Shown here piece by piece: positions 37,197 to 50,500 of a stretch of DNA of 64,000 nt. Source of the stretch: Botryllus schlosseri (Eukaryota); assembly GCA_051294905.1 (NCBI GenBank), contig CM119379.1:15624001-15688000 (forward strand). The letters are read 5' to 3'. Position 1 is the first letter of the stretch. Each line of letters starts with the position of its first letter. Made by a program: the position numbers and the translations under genes. The notes under the pieces are model-generated. The model ran no database searches and had not been told where the DNA came from. It worked only from the letters and a program-made list of their open reading frames with translations.

Positions 37197-38305
37197 TGTT
37201 AGATTATAGGATATCACTATTGAATATTTCCTGAAATCAATATCGTCAAAAGATCTAGGAAGTTAAATCGAGAGAATGAACTAATTGCATCCAATTTCCT
37301 GATTGACGGTATCATAGTATGAGCATGACATTAAATCAAAAATGAAAAGCGCAAGAACAAGAAGACGACAACATGTATATGAACAGTTACTTATGGTAAG
37401 CGATACGATCGAAATTGATCAATATGCGATCAGTCCAACAGTATACCGATAGTAATAGCGCTCAACGCATTTTCGTTCAAGCTTGGGTTCGATAACAACC
37501 ATAACCAACAAACTTACTAGCGCCTTTTTGTGGTGCAGGTTTATTATATTATGACTCTTGGAATTACAAGATCCTGCATATTGCGAGACCGGATGGGGAC
37601 TTGGGGTGAGACCAGGGTTGGAATGACTCGAGTTACGTTTATTGACTTAACTTGACTCAGGTCACTGTATTGTTGTTGTTCTTATTATTCGTGGTGTTTT
37701 TCGACTACAATGGTTATTTACTCCAGAATGATGTTCACCATTATCATTCCGTCAGTGCCGATTGTTTATGTAGCTCAGTGCTGTAGCACGGCCCCTTCTG
37801 GGGACTTGAAGACACTGCTTGGGCAAATCAGATCACGAGGAGGGGCGTAGATAAACCTCCAACACGTAGTGGAGGTAGGAATTCTGGAGTCGACCTCTGT
37901 CGGACTCGAACGGATAGGATTTCATTTCTGTTTTTTTTTTTCAACATAACATCGATGGGTTATATTTTTCATCTGAACAAGTCACACACAATGTACAATG
38001 CGATAAGACACAATGCGATGTCATGAACAGATAGGAGGATGTCGAACGAGACGCATCAGTAGCGATCCTTTACTCTAACATCCACCTCGGCCTAGAGTGC
38101 CCGATGTCACAGTTCTTTTCGATGTTGATCTTTTTGAAGCCACGGCCCTTTCTACTAGTTCTTTCCATTCCTTGTGAATGCTTCCTTTCGTCGGGTCTTT
38201 CACTGGGCTTTTTTGTCGCCGTAAGAACGGCTGTTACCGTTTTCGACCAGTTTAATCCAGCCAGCAGCGACATCGCAGACAAAACAACTTTGGTTGCCCT
38301 TGACC

Positions 38306-39810
38306 CAGAGGTCTCAAACTCAAATGTGCTCGTGGGCCAATTTCCTAGTTTTTGATGACGCCTCGGGCCGCAGCATCAATAATAGGGATGTTCAATGTAT
38401 AATTTCCAAGTAGCCTAGGTCTTATTTGTCGGGACCTTGCAAACAGGCATTCCACAAACATCGTGGAAATGTACTTACTATATTGTACTATTCACGCTTG
38501 ACACGGAAAAAATCACATTTTCAAATATTCGAATAAAATTGTTTTAGTGCCGGGCATAATTTGTTAAAATAATGAGTTATAGACACCATGCGAGATGATG
38601 CATCATGACATCGTGAAACTGTCGGGTTATAACTAGCGTTGGGACCCCGAGAAATCCAGATCCCGGGATCCCGGGATTTGAACCAATCCCGATCCCGGGA
38701 TTAATCCCAATGAAATCCCGGGATTTGTAAACATCATGTAACAAGGCTTACGGAGCGCGATATCTCTTATTTTGGTTATAAAGTAGTGTTACAAACTCGG
38801 CTGATTGTCTAAAACAGTGGTCTGAAACACGCGGCCCGCGTGGGCATTTTAAATTTTCAAGTATTCGACAGTATTTAACTGGAAAATATCTTATTTCGGA
38901 TTTGAGAACTTAAAATTCACTCTAAAACCACTCCAAAAACCTGAATCGCTATCATATGCCAAATGTCCGCTAGCTGCGAAATTGTAACGCGACAGCTTTC
39001 ACGATGACATGATGCATTTGTCGTCTTGCATGGTGTCCAATTGTCTGTAACTCATTATTTCGCCAAATTTTGCCAAGCACAACAATATTTTTAATAAAAT
39101 ATTACTTAATAAAATATTACTTATTAAAAATATTACTTTTTCGTGGCAGACGTGAATATCACAATAGTGAATCACAATTTCACAGTGTGTATGGAATGCC
39201 AGTCTGCAAAGTCCGTCAAATAAAAAGGCCTACTTGGAAATACATATTATCCCACTATTTGATGCTGCCCTCTGCCGCGTCATCATAAACTATAAAATTG
39301 GCCCGCGAGCAAATTTTAGTTTGAGACGACCCCTGGTCTAAACGATCATACTCGTGATGCTTGCATGTTTTTGCGTCATTATTACAAGGAATAAATGTTG
39401 TTTGTGTAGCTTGTATGTGTATTTTCTACTTTTGCAATCCCGGGAAATCCCGGGATTGAGAAGCGAAAATCCCGGGAAATCCCGATCCCGGGATTTCAAA
39501 TTTGATCCCGAAGTCCCAACCCTAGTTATAACATTGCAGCTATTGGACCTTTGACGTGCCACGATTTTATTAGAATATTTTAAAATCTACTGAAGATTGA
39601 TCTGATATCAGAGCATTTGAGCGGTTTAGCCTAATAGTGATAAGTGGGCTATTGTTACTGTCATTGTCAAAGTCAAATTAAATCAACGTCATATTTTGCA
39701 TTCGATTATTAGTGTAACATATCAATAACAACATAAATATAATATTTATTGGGCCATAGTAATTATTTCTTAAGATTTTTAGCGATCGGGCCGCGTGTTT
39801 GAGACCTCTG
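38306..39810. mobile_element. Three-tier nested hAT-type MITEs (outer 38306-39810, middle 38634-39524, inner 38815-39335)
   Basis: TSDs are CCTTGACC/CCTTAACC (outer), GTTATAAC (middle, perfect) and GTCTAAAA/GTCTAAAC (inner). Each element has its own TIR pair. Confidence 0.88.
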
Positions 39811-40608
39811 CCTTAACCAATAACATGATATCAATTTTATAATAAAATCATTATAACCAGGCGTGCATCAATATTGTTTGTGTGGAGCAGGAATATCCCT
39901 ATGGTGTGGAAATAGGTGAGGACAAGAAATGAATGAAAATATCCTGTTGGTACCTAAATTCGTACCAAGTCCTACTATTTATACAAACTTCGGCGAAAAA
40001 AACTGCTTAAATCCGATGAAATCCTGCTCCGGCGAGGTCACTTCTGGTGATAGGCGCCAACGAGTGCCGGATCAAGATTTTGGATTCTAACCGGACAGGA
40101 AACTGGTAGGTTTTCCGAAACGGGATTGGATCCGCATTCGTGTTTTTGTCCCATAGGCGGGGCCCAATGGGACAAGCGGTGGGTGAAAATGGGACAGTAA
40201 TAAAATCTGCTTCGAATTTTTGATAGTGATCGAGTTTTGAATTGTGTCGCAATAATGCTGCCTGGCTCTTCTTAGCTTTCATCCTCGTTTTGCGAGACAG
40301 AATTGTTGCGTCATAATATCAAAACTCGATAACAATGTATAATTCGAAGTAGATTTTGGGGGGCTCCAGGGCCATGAACCGAATAAAATTTATATTTTCG
40401 TAATCAGTACAGCAGCAGCTTTCCATTGATACCCGTTTTTATCGAATTTACCGCTCGGCAAGCCGGTCAACAATGGCCGTAATTGACTTTGACCAAATGG
40501 AAAGTGTGACGTAGACCAATTTCACTGAGCCGTGAGATTTGCCTGTGTCCACGCCATATAGGACACTACGGTGTGAACGTTAGGTTCACGTTAGCGTAGG
40601 GTTACCAT

Positions 40609-41505
40609 CAGTGTTGGGATGACTCGAGTCAGACTCGAGTCAACTTTTTCGTATGACTTGACTTGACTCGAGTCACTTTGCCAAAATGACTTGACTTGAC
40701 TTGACTCGGCGCTTCAAAAATGTGGATTGACTCGTGACTCGGAGCAAAATTCACGAGTCAATTTCAAGTCATCAAGTTAACTGGCTCGATCAAGTATCTG
40801 TGTCTTGTGTATGTTCGGATTGTTTGCAATACGCCGATGTCACTTGTTAAAATAACCACTCATTCACTGATTGTACGTTTCACTGATCCTCCATTGTTAC
40901 ATCACAAATAAATTGACCGCAAGCGAAATTATCACAGGTTACGTTGTAGTAATAGTAGATTAATCTAATTCTAATAGCAACGCATCTCTAATTCTTAGAC
41001 GGCTCACCTTTACCAACTTTATTGCGTGATTTAAATCGAACGAATATAGTTTATGCGTTTATAAGCTTACGGATGTGTAGATGGATGGATAGTGTAATGT
41101 ACGATATCCATTTGTTTCAACTTCCCGAGGCTTCGAATTCGATCTTCAATTTTGGATGATAATAACAGACTGAAGCATGGAGCTATACAGATACTCACGT
41201 ATTTTATTACCAGTTCTACATGTGCATGAGTGACACAACACCTTTTGACATGTATTCAGCTTCAAATTTGTTATTTCATTCCGGATAAATAGCCAATTAA
41301 CTCATGCTTCGAAAATTCAAATTGACTTGACTCGTGACTTGACTTGACTTGACTCGACTGGACTCGAGTCACCTCCAAAAAACGAGTGACTTGACTTGAC
41401 TCGAGTCACCTTCGAAAATCGATTGACTTGACTTGACTCGAGTCAAAATGTGCAATGACTCGAGATGACTCGTGACTCGAAGGTAGTGACTTGATCCCAA
41501 CACTG
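40609..41505. mobile_element. hAT-type MITE with GACTTGACTCGAGTC subterminal arrays, inserted into the TIR of another MITE; relatives near 37615, 49165-49640 and 56240-56400
   Basis: TIR CAGTGTTGGGAT/ATCCCAACACTG and perfect TSD GTTACCAT. The host element begins TAGGGTTACCAT at 40597 and resumes at 41506. Confidence 0.88.
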
Positions 41506-43257
41506 GTTACCATACGTCCTCTTTTAAGAGGATTTGTCCTCTTTTTTGACTTTTTTGAAAGTGTCCTCGGAGGACGCCCTTTTGTCCTCTTTTTTTGAGA
41601 TTTTGACCTCTTTTTTGAAAATTTAGGTCAGATTTAGAGCAAATTGCGAGTGATATGCCGTAAATTAGCACAGAACTGACGCTCCGGCGGGTATTTCGGA
41701 GTGAAAAACGGTTAATTTAGCTCTGGGCGGAAAGATGACCTTTTTTTTTTAGTCATCCACCTAGCAATGCGGGAAGAAAAACGGTATTTTGTGCTCTGAG
41801 CGGAAAAGATGACCTTTTTTTTTTTTTTAGTCAACCGATCACAAAGTGGGAAAAATTAATCGGTTTTTGAGAATTCTTCTCCGGTTTTGCAAGTCTCAAA
41901 TTTCCAAAACCTTGGTTGGTTCTGCATTGTCAACCTTTTTCATATATTACAATTTTCACTTCATTATAACAATTTTCGTTAAAATTTGTTGGATTTCAAC
42001 TGCGGGACACTACGCTGGCAGCATAAAAAGTCAACACTAAACTAGCTTGCACCATGACAATCTCAAAAGTTTTACTTGCTTTGTTACAAAAGTTTTCTCG
42101 AATAATAGTGACTCTCTGCCGTGAGCTTGACCCGCAATCACACAACATCACCAGGCTACATGTAGGTATCTAGGTAATCACCGAATGATGCTTATTTAAC
42201 CAACCAATGAAGTTGATATCGTTGTCTGATGTAAAAATTCTAGCACGCGTACGGGGTCCATCTTGATTTCGAATCCGTGCGATTGGGGTGTTGTCCACTG
42301 CTATATAACTTGTTGATGGGTTAATATCAGTAGCAAGTATAGAAACCCGTTTTACACTCTGCTCTGCATGTTCTCGTCGAAATTGTTTGCAAAGCGACGG
42401 AATATATTGATTTTATGGGATTATTGTATGCTTTGATTGCCCCAGTTGATACATTTGGCGACGTTTAAAACTTCAATTTGTACTTCAGCATCGTGTCATT
42501 ATGTGGCCTGAGTCGTCGCTAGGCATCGTGTACCATAGTATGGGCTATCACTTCAATGAAATGTAGGATTGGAATTAGCAATATGACGTCAGGTGACGTC
42601 ATGAGGTTCACATTCGTGTTAACATAGAATCTTTCAAAAAGGTTCGCGTTCACACGAACCTGAACCTTTCAGAGGTTCACACCATCCCCACAGCACGAGT
42701 TAGTATCGTGGTGAATCTTCATTCTTCACCTTCATTGGAATAACCAGCGAAATGGTGAGTAGAAAAAATTGTGGTGATTTTCACAGGCAAAGTTCCATTT
42801 ATATTTCCAAATTATTGTTGGGGAAGTGGCGAAGTTTTCATGAGCATCAAATAGGCCTGAGAGTATTTATCATCACCAGCGTAAACCGGGGGGGGGGGGG
42901 GGCGGCGGCGCTGGCGAATGACGCTTTTACTCTCTCGATCTTGAAATTCGTATTCTAGACGTGCTCGCCATTTGATTCGTTCGGTCGTAGTCCTCGCTAT
43001 CTGACTGAATAGTGAATACGGCTAAGTTACTTCAGATTCGACTGGACCCAGAGACACATTGCACATTCGGCGGATATATTACAACGAAGGCAGGCACAAT
43101 AAATAGATCAACACTTCCAATCCAAGCCAAGACTAACAACTCCATACAAAGACAACCCAGAGACCTCTTTCCCAATGCCGCACGCCACCTTACAAATGAC
43201 TGTAACTGGTCTTGCAACCAGATAATCCGGAGTCATTATTGCTCCAGAACCGAGCGG

Positions 43258-43258
<1 letters not shown>

Positions 43259-43290
<32 letters not shown>
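43259..43290. repeat. (CA)n microsatellite; others include (TGA)n at about 22435-22468, GATA/TAGA at about 9041-9080, (ACCA)n at about 60536-60560 and poly-G at 42886-42901 and 50578-50592
   Basis: Read directly from the sequence. Confidence 0.9.
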
Positions 43291-43291
<1 letters not shown>

Positions 43292-44553
43292 CCATTTGGT
43301 TTTGCGTCACCAAGTGTCACAGCTGCATTCTTCGCGCTAGCTAGTACAAAAATTGAATAATATTGTTTTAATTCGTTATAATCGTCGACGGATACACAAA
43401 GCGTAAATACACACTGGTTGGAATATTGACATTTTGAATAAACTAGTGGTGGGGCCCGTTTGTTGTGCCTGAGCAAACGTTTGGCAACGCTGCGTTAGAT
43501 AGGCTCTTTCAAATAACATAATTATATCCATAAACCGGTAATAGCGATCACGGATGGACGCAACAAAAGCATGTACGAATTATACCTTGCGGTATATGTA
43601 AAACATGTGCTGTGTCACGGCTAATCTATCACTAGTTCAATGACGTGTAAAAATTGCCGAAATATGTTCAAATTTGGTCAGTTAGGAGGGCTATTTATAA
43701 TCTCAACTACAATAATTATGCTACAAAAATGGTTTTACGCAACTGTCGTATTAGTAATTACACACCTCATCCGGGTAAGCGCGGTGTCTTACAAAAAGCC
43801 TAGAAGAGGGCCGTGCTACAAGTCGGCAGTTACGGAATACGGAAATGAAGAATATGGGCCTGGTGTAAATGACCATAGTAGTCGACAAACACCATGAACA
43901 CCACAACACACAAACACACCTATATGGAATCATACTGTAACATAAATCATCAATTTTTCGAAAATTTCACGGGAAATTTAATTCATAATTCAAATCTTTC
44001 ATGCACTCTTTTTTGATGGATACTTGTATCACCTCGGTGATGGTGCTCTTAGTCTGAACGCAGACAGAGCTAGACGTATATATAATATATATTCCTTACA
44101 TATTGGATATATGTAACGACTTACGATAATGTTTAAAATAAAAATGAATACAAAGCGGATGTTCTAAACATTGTCTTTGTTTAAACTAGAAGCTATAGGT
44201 TTTAATGGGAGGGTTTGTATGTTTATTTACTTAATTAAACAGGGTTGAGATAGCCAGTTTTAAAACACTCCCTATTGAAACAAAGCCGTATATATTTAAC
44301 GTATATCAGGATTGTTAAACACAAGTCCAGGGGCTCTCAAACTTTTTTGATCGCGTACCCCTTCAAGTTTTGTCAGCGATTGCGCATACCCCTAAATTTT
44401 CAGAAGTCGATGACTGGATTTTTCTTTCACATACCCCCTAAAACTAGTGCGCAGGCCCATAAGGGGTCCGTGGACCCCAGTGTAAGAACCCCTGTCCTAG
44501 CCTGTGCACCCAGTTTCTACATTAATGCATTCATGCATAGGTTTATCATTGCC

Positions 44554-47500
44554 CTAAAGTGTAACAGTGGTTTCTTCTTCCTGGTGGATGTAGAGGTGAA
44601 AGTCTTCATTTTCAATTTCAAGAAACTTCTTTTTCTTTAAGCTTTGAAACACGAATTTCTTCGTCAAAATGGGAATCTGATGTGAAGGAAACATATATCT
44701 GCTGTATGAATAATGCCTTGATATGCTTATACTTTTACAATTTGATGTACCTGCACTTGCATCGCTTGTTTCACGAGATACGTGACTTTTTTGAAGTCTT
44801 TTTTAGCACAGATGAGATAGGTATCCGGAAAAGTTTTCTGAACGTACCAACGCGGCTGGGGATCATAAGGACAAGCGGGAACGTCGTAGTCTAGAAAGAG
44901 ACAGCCGTACTTCACATTCATCCAGAAAATATTAAAGATTGAATGGTAAGCAGATGCATCATAAGAAGGGTTGCCCTCTTGTTACCAACCTTATGGCGTC
45001 AGAAGTTCACAGAAAAAAATAATAAACTTCGGATTTGTATTACTAGAACAAAGAGGTGGAAAAAGGTGTAATTGTAAAATTTTTGAGTGTCAGTACAAAA
45101 ACGACTTTACTTTATAATTGTGCTCAAATATATAAAGTCAACAACTATGCTGTCAACCCGTGGTGCCAGGCCAATTGCATAATCCGTTTATATAATTACC
45201 GATTGCGCCTCCACACCGTACAATGACATCTGCTATACTTTCCCGTTTCCATCCTACTTTTTTGCATCTCAGTCTTTCTGACAATACAAAAGTCTTTCCT
45301 TCGAAAACCCTAAAATGCATATTTCATTTAAAAGAGCAAGATTCGCAACCGAACTCTTTGGTTCAGTCGATATTATATCCACGTACCTACTGGTACCAAA
45401 CACTATTACAGTCTTTTTCGTAATCTTTGAAAGCTGCAAGGAAAGAATTGGGAAAGTCATTGAATGGTGATGATGCTTATATTGCCTTTCACTGCGATAT
45501 CACTCCAGTAGTCAAAATTGGCAAATCGCCTGCCCCTACTATTAAATGTACAGACACTAAATGGTGACTAATATATTTAAAACTCAACGACTTAGTTCCG
45601 TCTAGAACAGTGGTTCCCAACCTTTTCCGACTCATCGCTCCCTTATCAATCTCGACACAAATTTTCGCCCCCCATATTCACGGATCCGAAAAATAGGACA
45701 TAGATAGACGGGAAATTCATTCATCTACTTCTGATCGCTGGTGAATTTATTAAAAAAGGATCATTTTTCCGAGGTGGTAGGTGCTTGGAAAACCGGTTTC
45801 CACGTCTACTTTCCGTTGAATTGACTTTTTTTTCGCTTCATATGCAGAATAGCCTTCTTCTCGTGCATTTTTTGGCCGTGTTAATGAAATATATCTCATT
45901 AGACGTTCTAACATTTTCGCCCCCATGGCCCCTAAGTCAGCCCCTTTGGTATTTTCGCCCCCTTGTGTCTCAAATTCGCCCACTGCATGGGGAGCGATAT
46001 CGCCCACGTTGGGCACCACTGGTCTAGAACAAGCGAGATGGGAATGAGAAAATATAAGTGAGGCAAGATAACTTGGACAATTAAAGTTCAGAGGTGGTCA
46101 GTAACGACTTATTCATACTTTTCAGGGTATAGCTACACAAGTAGTTTTGTCCACTTGCGCTAATTACTTGTGATATGGTGACATGTTACGACTACTTTCA
46201 CATCTACTTCAACAGTTTTGGTCTTTTGGAAGTCAAACTACTTACTTTTTTCGTGTTAGATGTTGTCATGTAGAAAGTAGTGTCTTGATAGGTTTATATA
46301 AGCTTTATAAGAGAAATTACCGAACAATTGTTCGATAGGATGCTTGAGAACAGATTGTAGAATAAGCTCATGGAATGTCGTTGACCGCACCATCTATATA
46401 TGGTAATCGTTGCGATGCTTGTATTGATACATCATAAAGCAGACTGTAAAAACGTAAAGACCAACTTTTTCCACTTCTCTCAGTTTATTTTTAAGTCGCC
46501 AGTCCATGTTAGGCTGCTGTTGCTGATTGGGGAAGACACCCCTCGCCGTTGGCATTCCTGTTTCCAGGGTTGATTGAATCGCGTAGATTCTGCCGATATC
46601 ACTCTGACTGAAATGGAATGTATCAACTGCCGTAAATATCGATCAGTACTCAATCAGTGCTCTGGTATTCCAGCATTATTAGCAACGGAATAATGCCACA
46701 ACTTTTTATTTCATATCATAATTAGTCATTTCCCGCTGATTATGGAACAGTTTTTTTTTGTTTGGGAAGATTTTTTCATGCAACTTTCTGTTTCAAGAAG
46801 CTCTGAGTTCGAAAATTTTAATATTTTTCCGTATCTTAGATACGTTTCAATATATCATGGCACATATTTATTCTGAAAAATACGTAGTTCCAGAGGTGTT
46901 TGGGTAAAGTAATTTAGATGAACTATTGAAATCAAATATTACTACCTAAGATATTGCTGCAGGCGGTCTGCCTTGAAGTCAGCTTTCGTATGATATGTTG
47001 CTTTTCAATTTTTGTGAAGATAAAATTGCGCTAGATTTGTTTGAAATTAATGTTAAGCAAATGTTACGAAATGTGTTTTCTACCAACAGGGTTACCAGAT
47101 TTTGGAATCGGGAAAGGAGGCACTTTTTCAAAATTTTCAGATTCAGAATTGTGGAATAAAATTCGGAAAAAATGGAAAATATTTGCCGACTTTGTGGCTG
47201 GTTGACTAAAAAAAGTCGTTACTTTCGTTCTAACCACGAATTTTCTATTTATAGTCATTTATGCCCATTTCTTAGCTCTGAAAGCTGTAAAGGAGGACGA
47301 ATTCTCAGAAAGGAGGACATTTAGGCGTCCCCGGAGGACATTTTCAAAAACCTGAAAAAATAGGACAAATCATCCTAAAGGAGGACGTGTGGTAACCCTA
47401 ACCAGCGAATCATCCACAAACAGAGCAAAACAAATCTGTCGAATTTCGCATTGTCTATTACTAAGTGCGCCTTCTATATAGAAAAAAATACGTTAAATCA

Positions 47501-50500
47501 ATTTTACAATGATAAGTAATCACACTAAAACTCTGATATTCGATATATCTACTGGTGTATTGGATTCTTGAACGGAGAAATAAATAGTTTGCTTGTAGGT
47601 TTTGCCGTATTAGCCGAGGCCTGCTATTTTGATGCCGATTGCAACGACATTACAGCGTATATGAGTTAAATGAGCTTTGGAATTACTTCAGTTCTTCATA
47701 TCTATGTATGGGAGACCTGAACCTATAGCTCAACAATGAAGACACAATAACTAAATGAGATCTGCGCTATTCATTATGTAGAGCAGTTTAACCCGAACCC
47801 CATTCCCCACCCTCCCACCACAGAGGGTTAATAATATCGAAAATGGCGGAGAAATAATGGAAAAAACTTTTTGACTTAAAAACTGACAAATGTTTACATG
47901 AAAAAACATATTTTGAGTAAATCTGGACCTACGAAGAATTTCAGTAGTTACATCAAGCATTATGGTGGAAATGATTAAATTTGTTGTGGTACAACAAAAA
48001 ATACTTCCCTACATTCTCGGGTAGAAAGTGTCTGTCCTTGCCAAGTAGCTTGCCAAGAATGGAGAAAGAATGTTCAACAGCAGCAGTTGTTGGCTGGCAA
48101 CACTGAAGTTGTGTGTAGGCCTACTACACTGCTGGTGACACACTGTGTTGCTTCATTCTGACCATGCTGTCTACTTCACCATTTTTATCATGCGCTTCTT
48201 GACATAAGAACCACTGCCCTGCACGCAGTCTTGCTTCAGTTAGAATATTGCGGTGCGTTGAGCATAACACCAAGTCAACATATTTGTTTCATTTGACCGT
48301 TTATGATTCACAATTAGCAGACAATGGGCCGTTTACAACGGCAGGCCTATACAATAGGCTAAGCTGTAAAATGTTAAATGATAAGTTCACCGACAGTGCA
48401 AACAACTACGATACAGACGAAATGCAGGTTGCAAATTTTTTTTTGACTTTGTAAACAATTTTGACAATTTTTTGACATAACGCTGCAATTTTGACTTATT
48501 TTGACATGTCGAATAAAATCACCCTAGTGATAACACGTTTATGATTTCGCCAAACCCATATTGTATACTTACTTTTGCAACAGTCGTGCAGAATCCAAAC
48601 TTGAGATCCAGGTGGCTGCATTTTCATGCAGTAGTTTTGTTTCTGCTGATTGGTCCACCATCAATGTGCAATAGGATCGTTTGATTTTATTTATTTCGAT
48701 AATTGCTCCTTTAATGATCGCTTTATGCTCATTTGGTAAATCATCACCATCCTGTCTATAACCGAGACATGAACGCATACTCACAATGGAAACCATCAGC
48801 AATTACATATAACAGTTCTAGATAGGCCTATGTAGGCCACTTCGTATTTGGTATTAGGCTCACCTTACGCACAATCCTACATCATCAAGCGCCTTCACTC
48901 CGATTTGTCTATACTTTCCTTCAGCAATCATTAGGATTGCAGTTGCGACTTCAGTAGGAGATCGTAGGACCGACCCATTATCGACACAGTAGGGGGTCTG
49001 CTCTATCATGGGCTCACCTGGTCAACATATTCGTCCACATTAATACTAACTCGGTCCGTGTATGGGTGGGTAATCTAAATGCCTATCGTATCGTTGATAC
49101 TCTAAGACAGGGGTTCTTAACCTTTTTAGAGCACGACCCACATCTGAGGTTTATTGGCATCCCTGTAATGACTCGAGTCACGATTTTCTGATGACTCGAC
49201 TTGACTCGAGTCATCTTCTCAAAATGAGGAAATGACTCGACTCGACTTGGACTCGAGTCATTGCGCATGCCTCGAGCCAAGTCATATGACTCGAGACTCA
49301 GACGGCCGAAACCGACATTTGATTGTGATTCAGAAGAATAGTAAAGTAACCACCATATTGGGACTTCGTCTATTGGTACTGGTACTTGGAAAAAGCGACT
49401 AGAAACTGTTAAAAGTGAGAAAAATTAATATATTATAAACGCGAACCATTCGATATCACAAAACAAAGTTATAAAAGTAGGCTTAACAAGACTTTAATGG
49501 GAAATTGAACAGTCAACACAATGACTTGGACTTGGACTCGAGTCATATTACCATGACTCGGATTCGAACCTCTGCTCGATGACTTGGACTCGGACTTGAC
49601 TCGGTGGTAATTGAAAATGACTCGACTTGACTCGAGTCAAAACTATAATAGTGAGATTGACTCTGTAATGGCACCTTGCCACCCAAGCCTCGACTGAATG
49701 AATGCATTTTAATGTTAGTATGATACGGTTCTATGGGTATGCATGAAATAGAGAAGGGGCAGACAACCAGTTGTACGCCACGCAGTTCTATGAAACATGT
49801 GCGAGCACTGAGAAGTACGCAATTACAAATTGGGTTGCAGTTTTCCGTTGCTGTTTTCCGCGTGTCTCGGTTATTGGCTATTTTACCCAACGCAACAACA
49901 CTGTGACATTTGATATGCACCGGACCGTAACCGTACTTCGTCAGCCACCCCCCCCCCCCAAAAAAAAAATGTTGGTCTTGGTCTCCCGAGGATGATAAAC
50001 CGGACTTCTGTCCCCCAGACCCCATCAGGCTATACGCTGTTAGCCGTAACTTAGCATCTATACTTCGTGTCCGTTTAGTCAGTGAGTGAGCTTGTGTCGC
50101 CTAAACGCGTGAATCGCGAAAAAATTTATATAATTCGTGATTGAGTCGGTCAATATGATCGAGAATTGCATATATATTGCTATCAATTTTTATCCTCACT
50201 CTGCTCACGTGATCAGATTTATCGGTAGAGCTGAGTGAGGTGTGTTGGAAAAGATAGGACCCGTAAATAATAATTAAACATCTTCGGGCGTACCCGTTGG
50301 TATAATGACTTCGTTACATGATGCTGTTTCGTGTTTCTGCTATGTCTGCTATGTCTTGGTGCGCCCGAGCGCGGTAATGACTGACGCCAAAGTGCCGATT
50401 TCTAAAAACCATGCGTATTTTTTGTTGGTGGAAGGGTACCACCCAATAATAAAGATATTCGACAACATAAAATCGCGCACAGAGCGAAAAACTTTTTGAA

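Noticed and set aside
37484-37500. X-box-like sequence (GTTGTTATCGAAC on -) near the 5' end of the ciliary gene SPEF1
   Set aside because: It deviates at several positions from the RFX consensus and is a base short; too weak without conservation data.
43030-43260. IQRQPRDLFPNAARHLTN before a (CA)n tract, as a possible LINE ORF2 end
   Set aside because: The similarity is limited to a few residues and there is no second copy in the window to confirm it.
43436-43485. Helitron-like 3' end (short hairpin then CTAG-T) on the minus strand
   Set aside because: The stem is only about 6 bp, and no 5' TC end, second copy or Rep/helicase sequence was found in the window.
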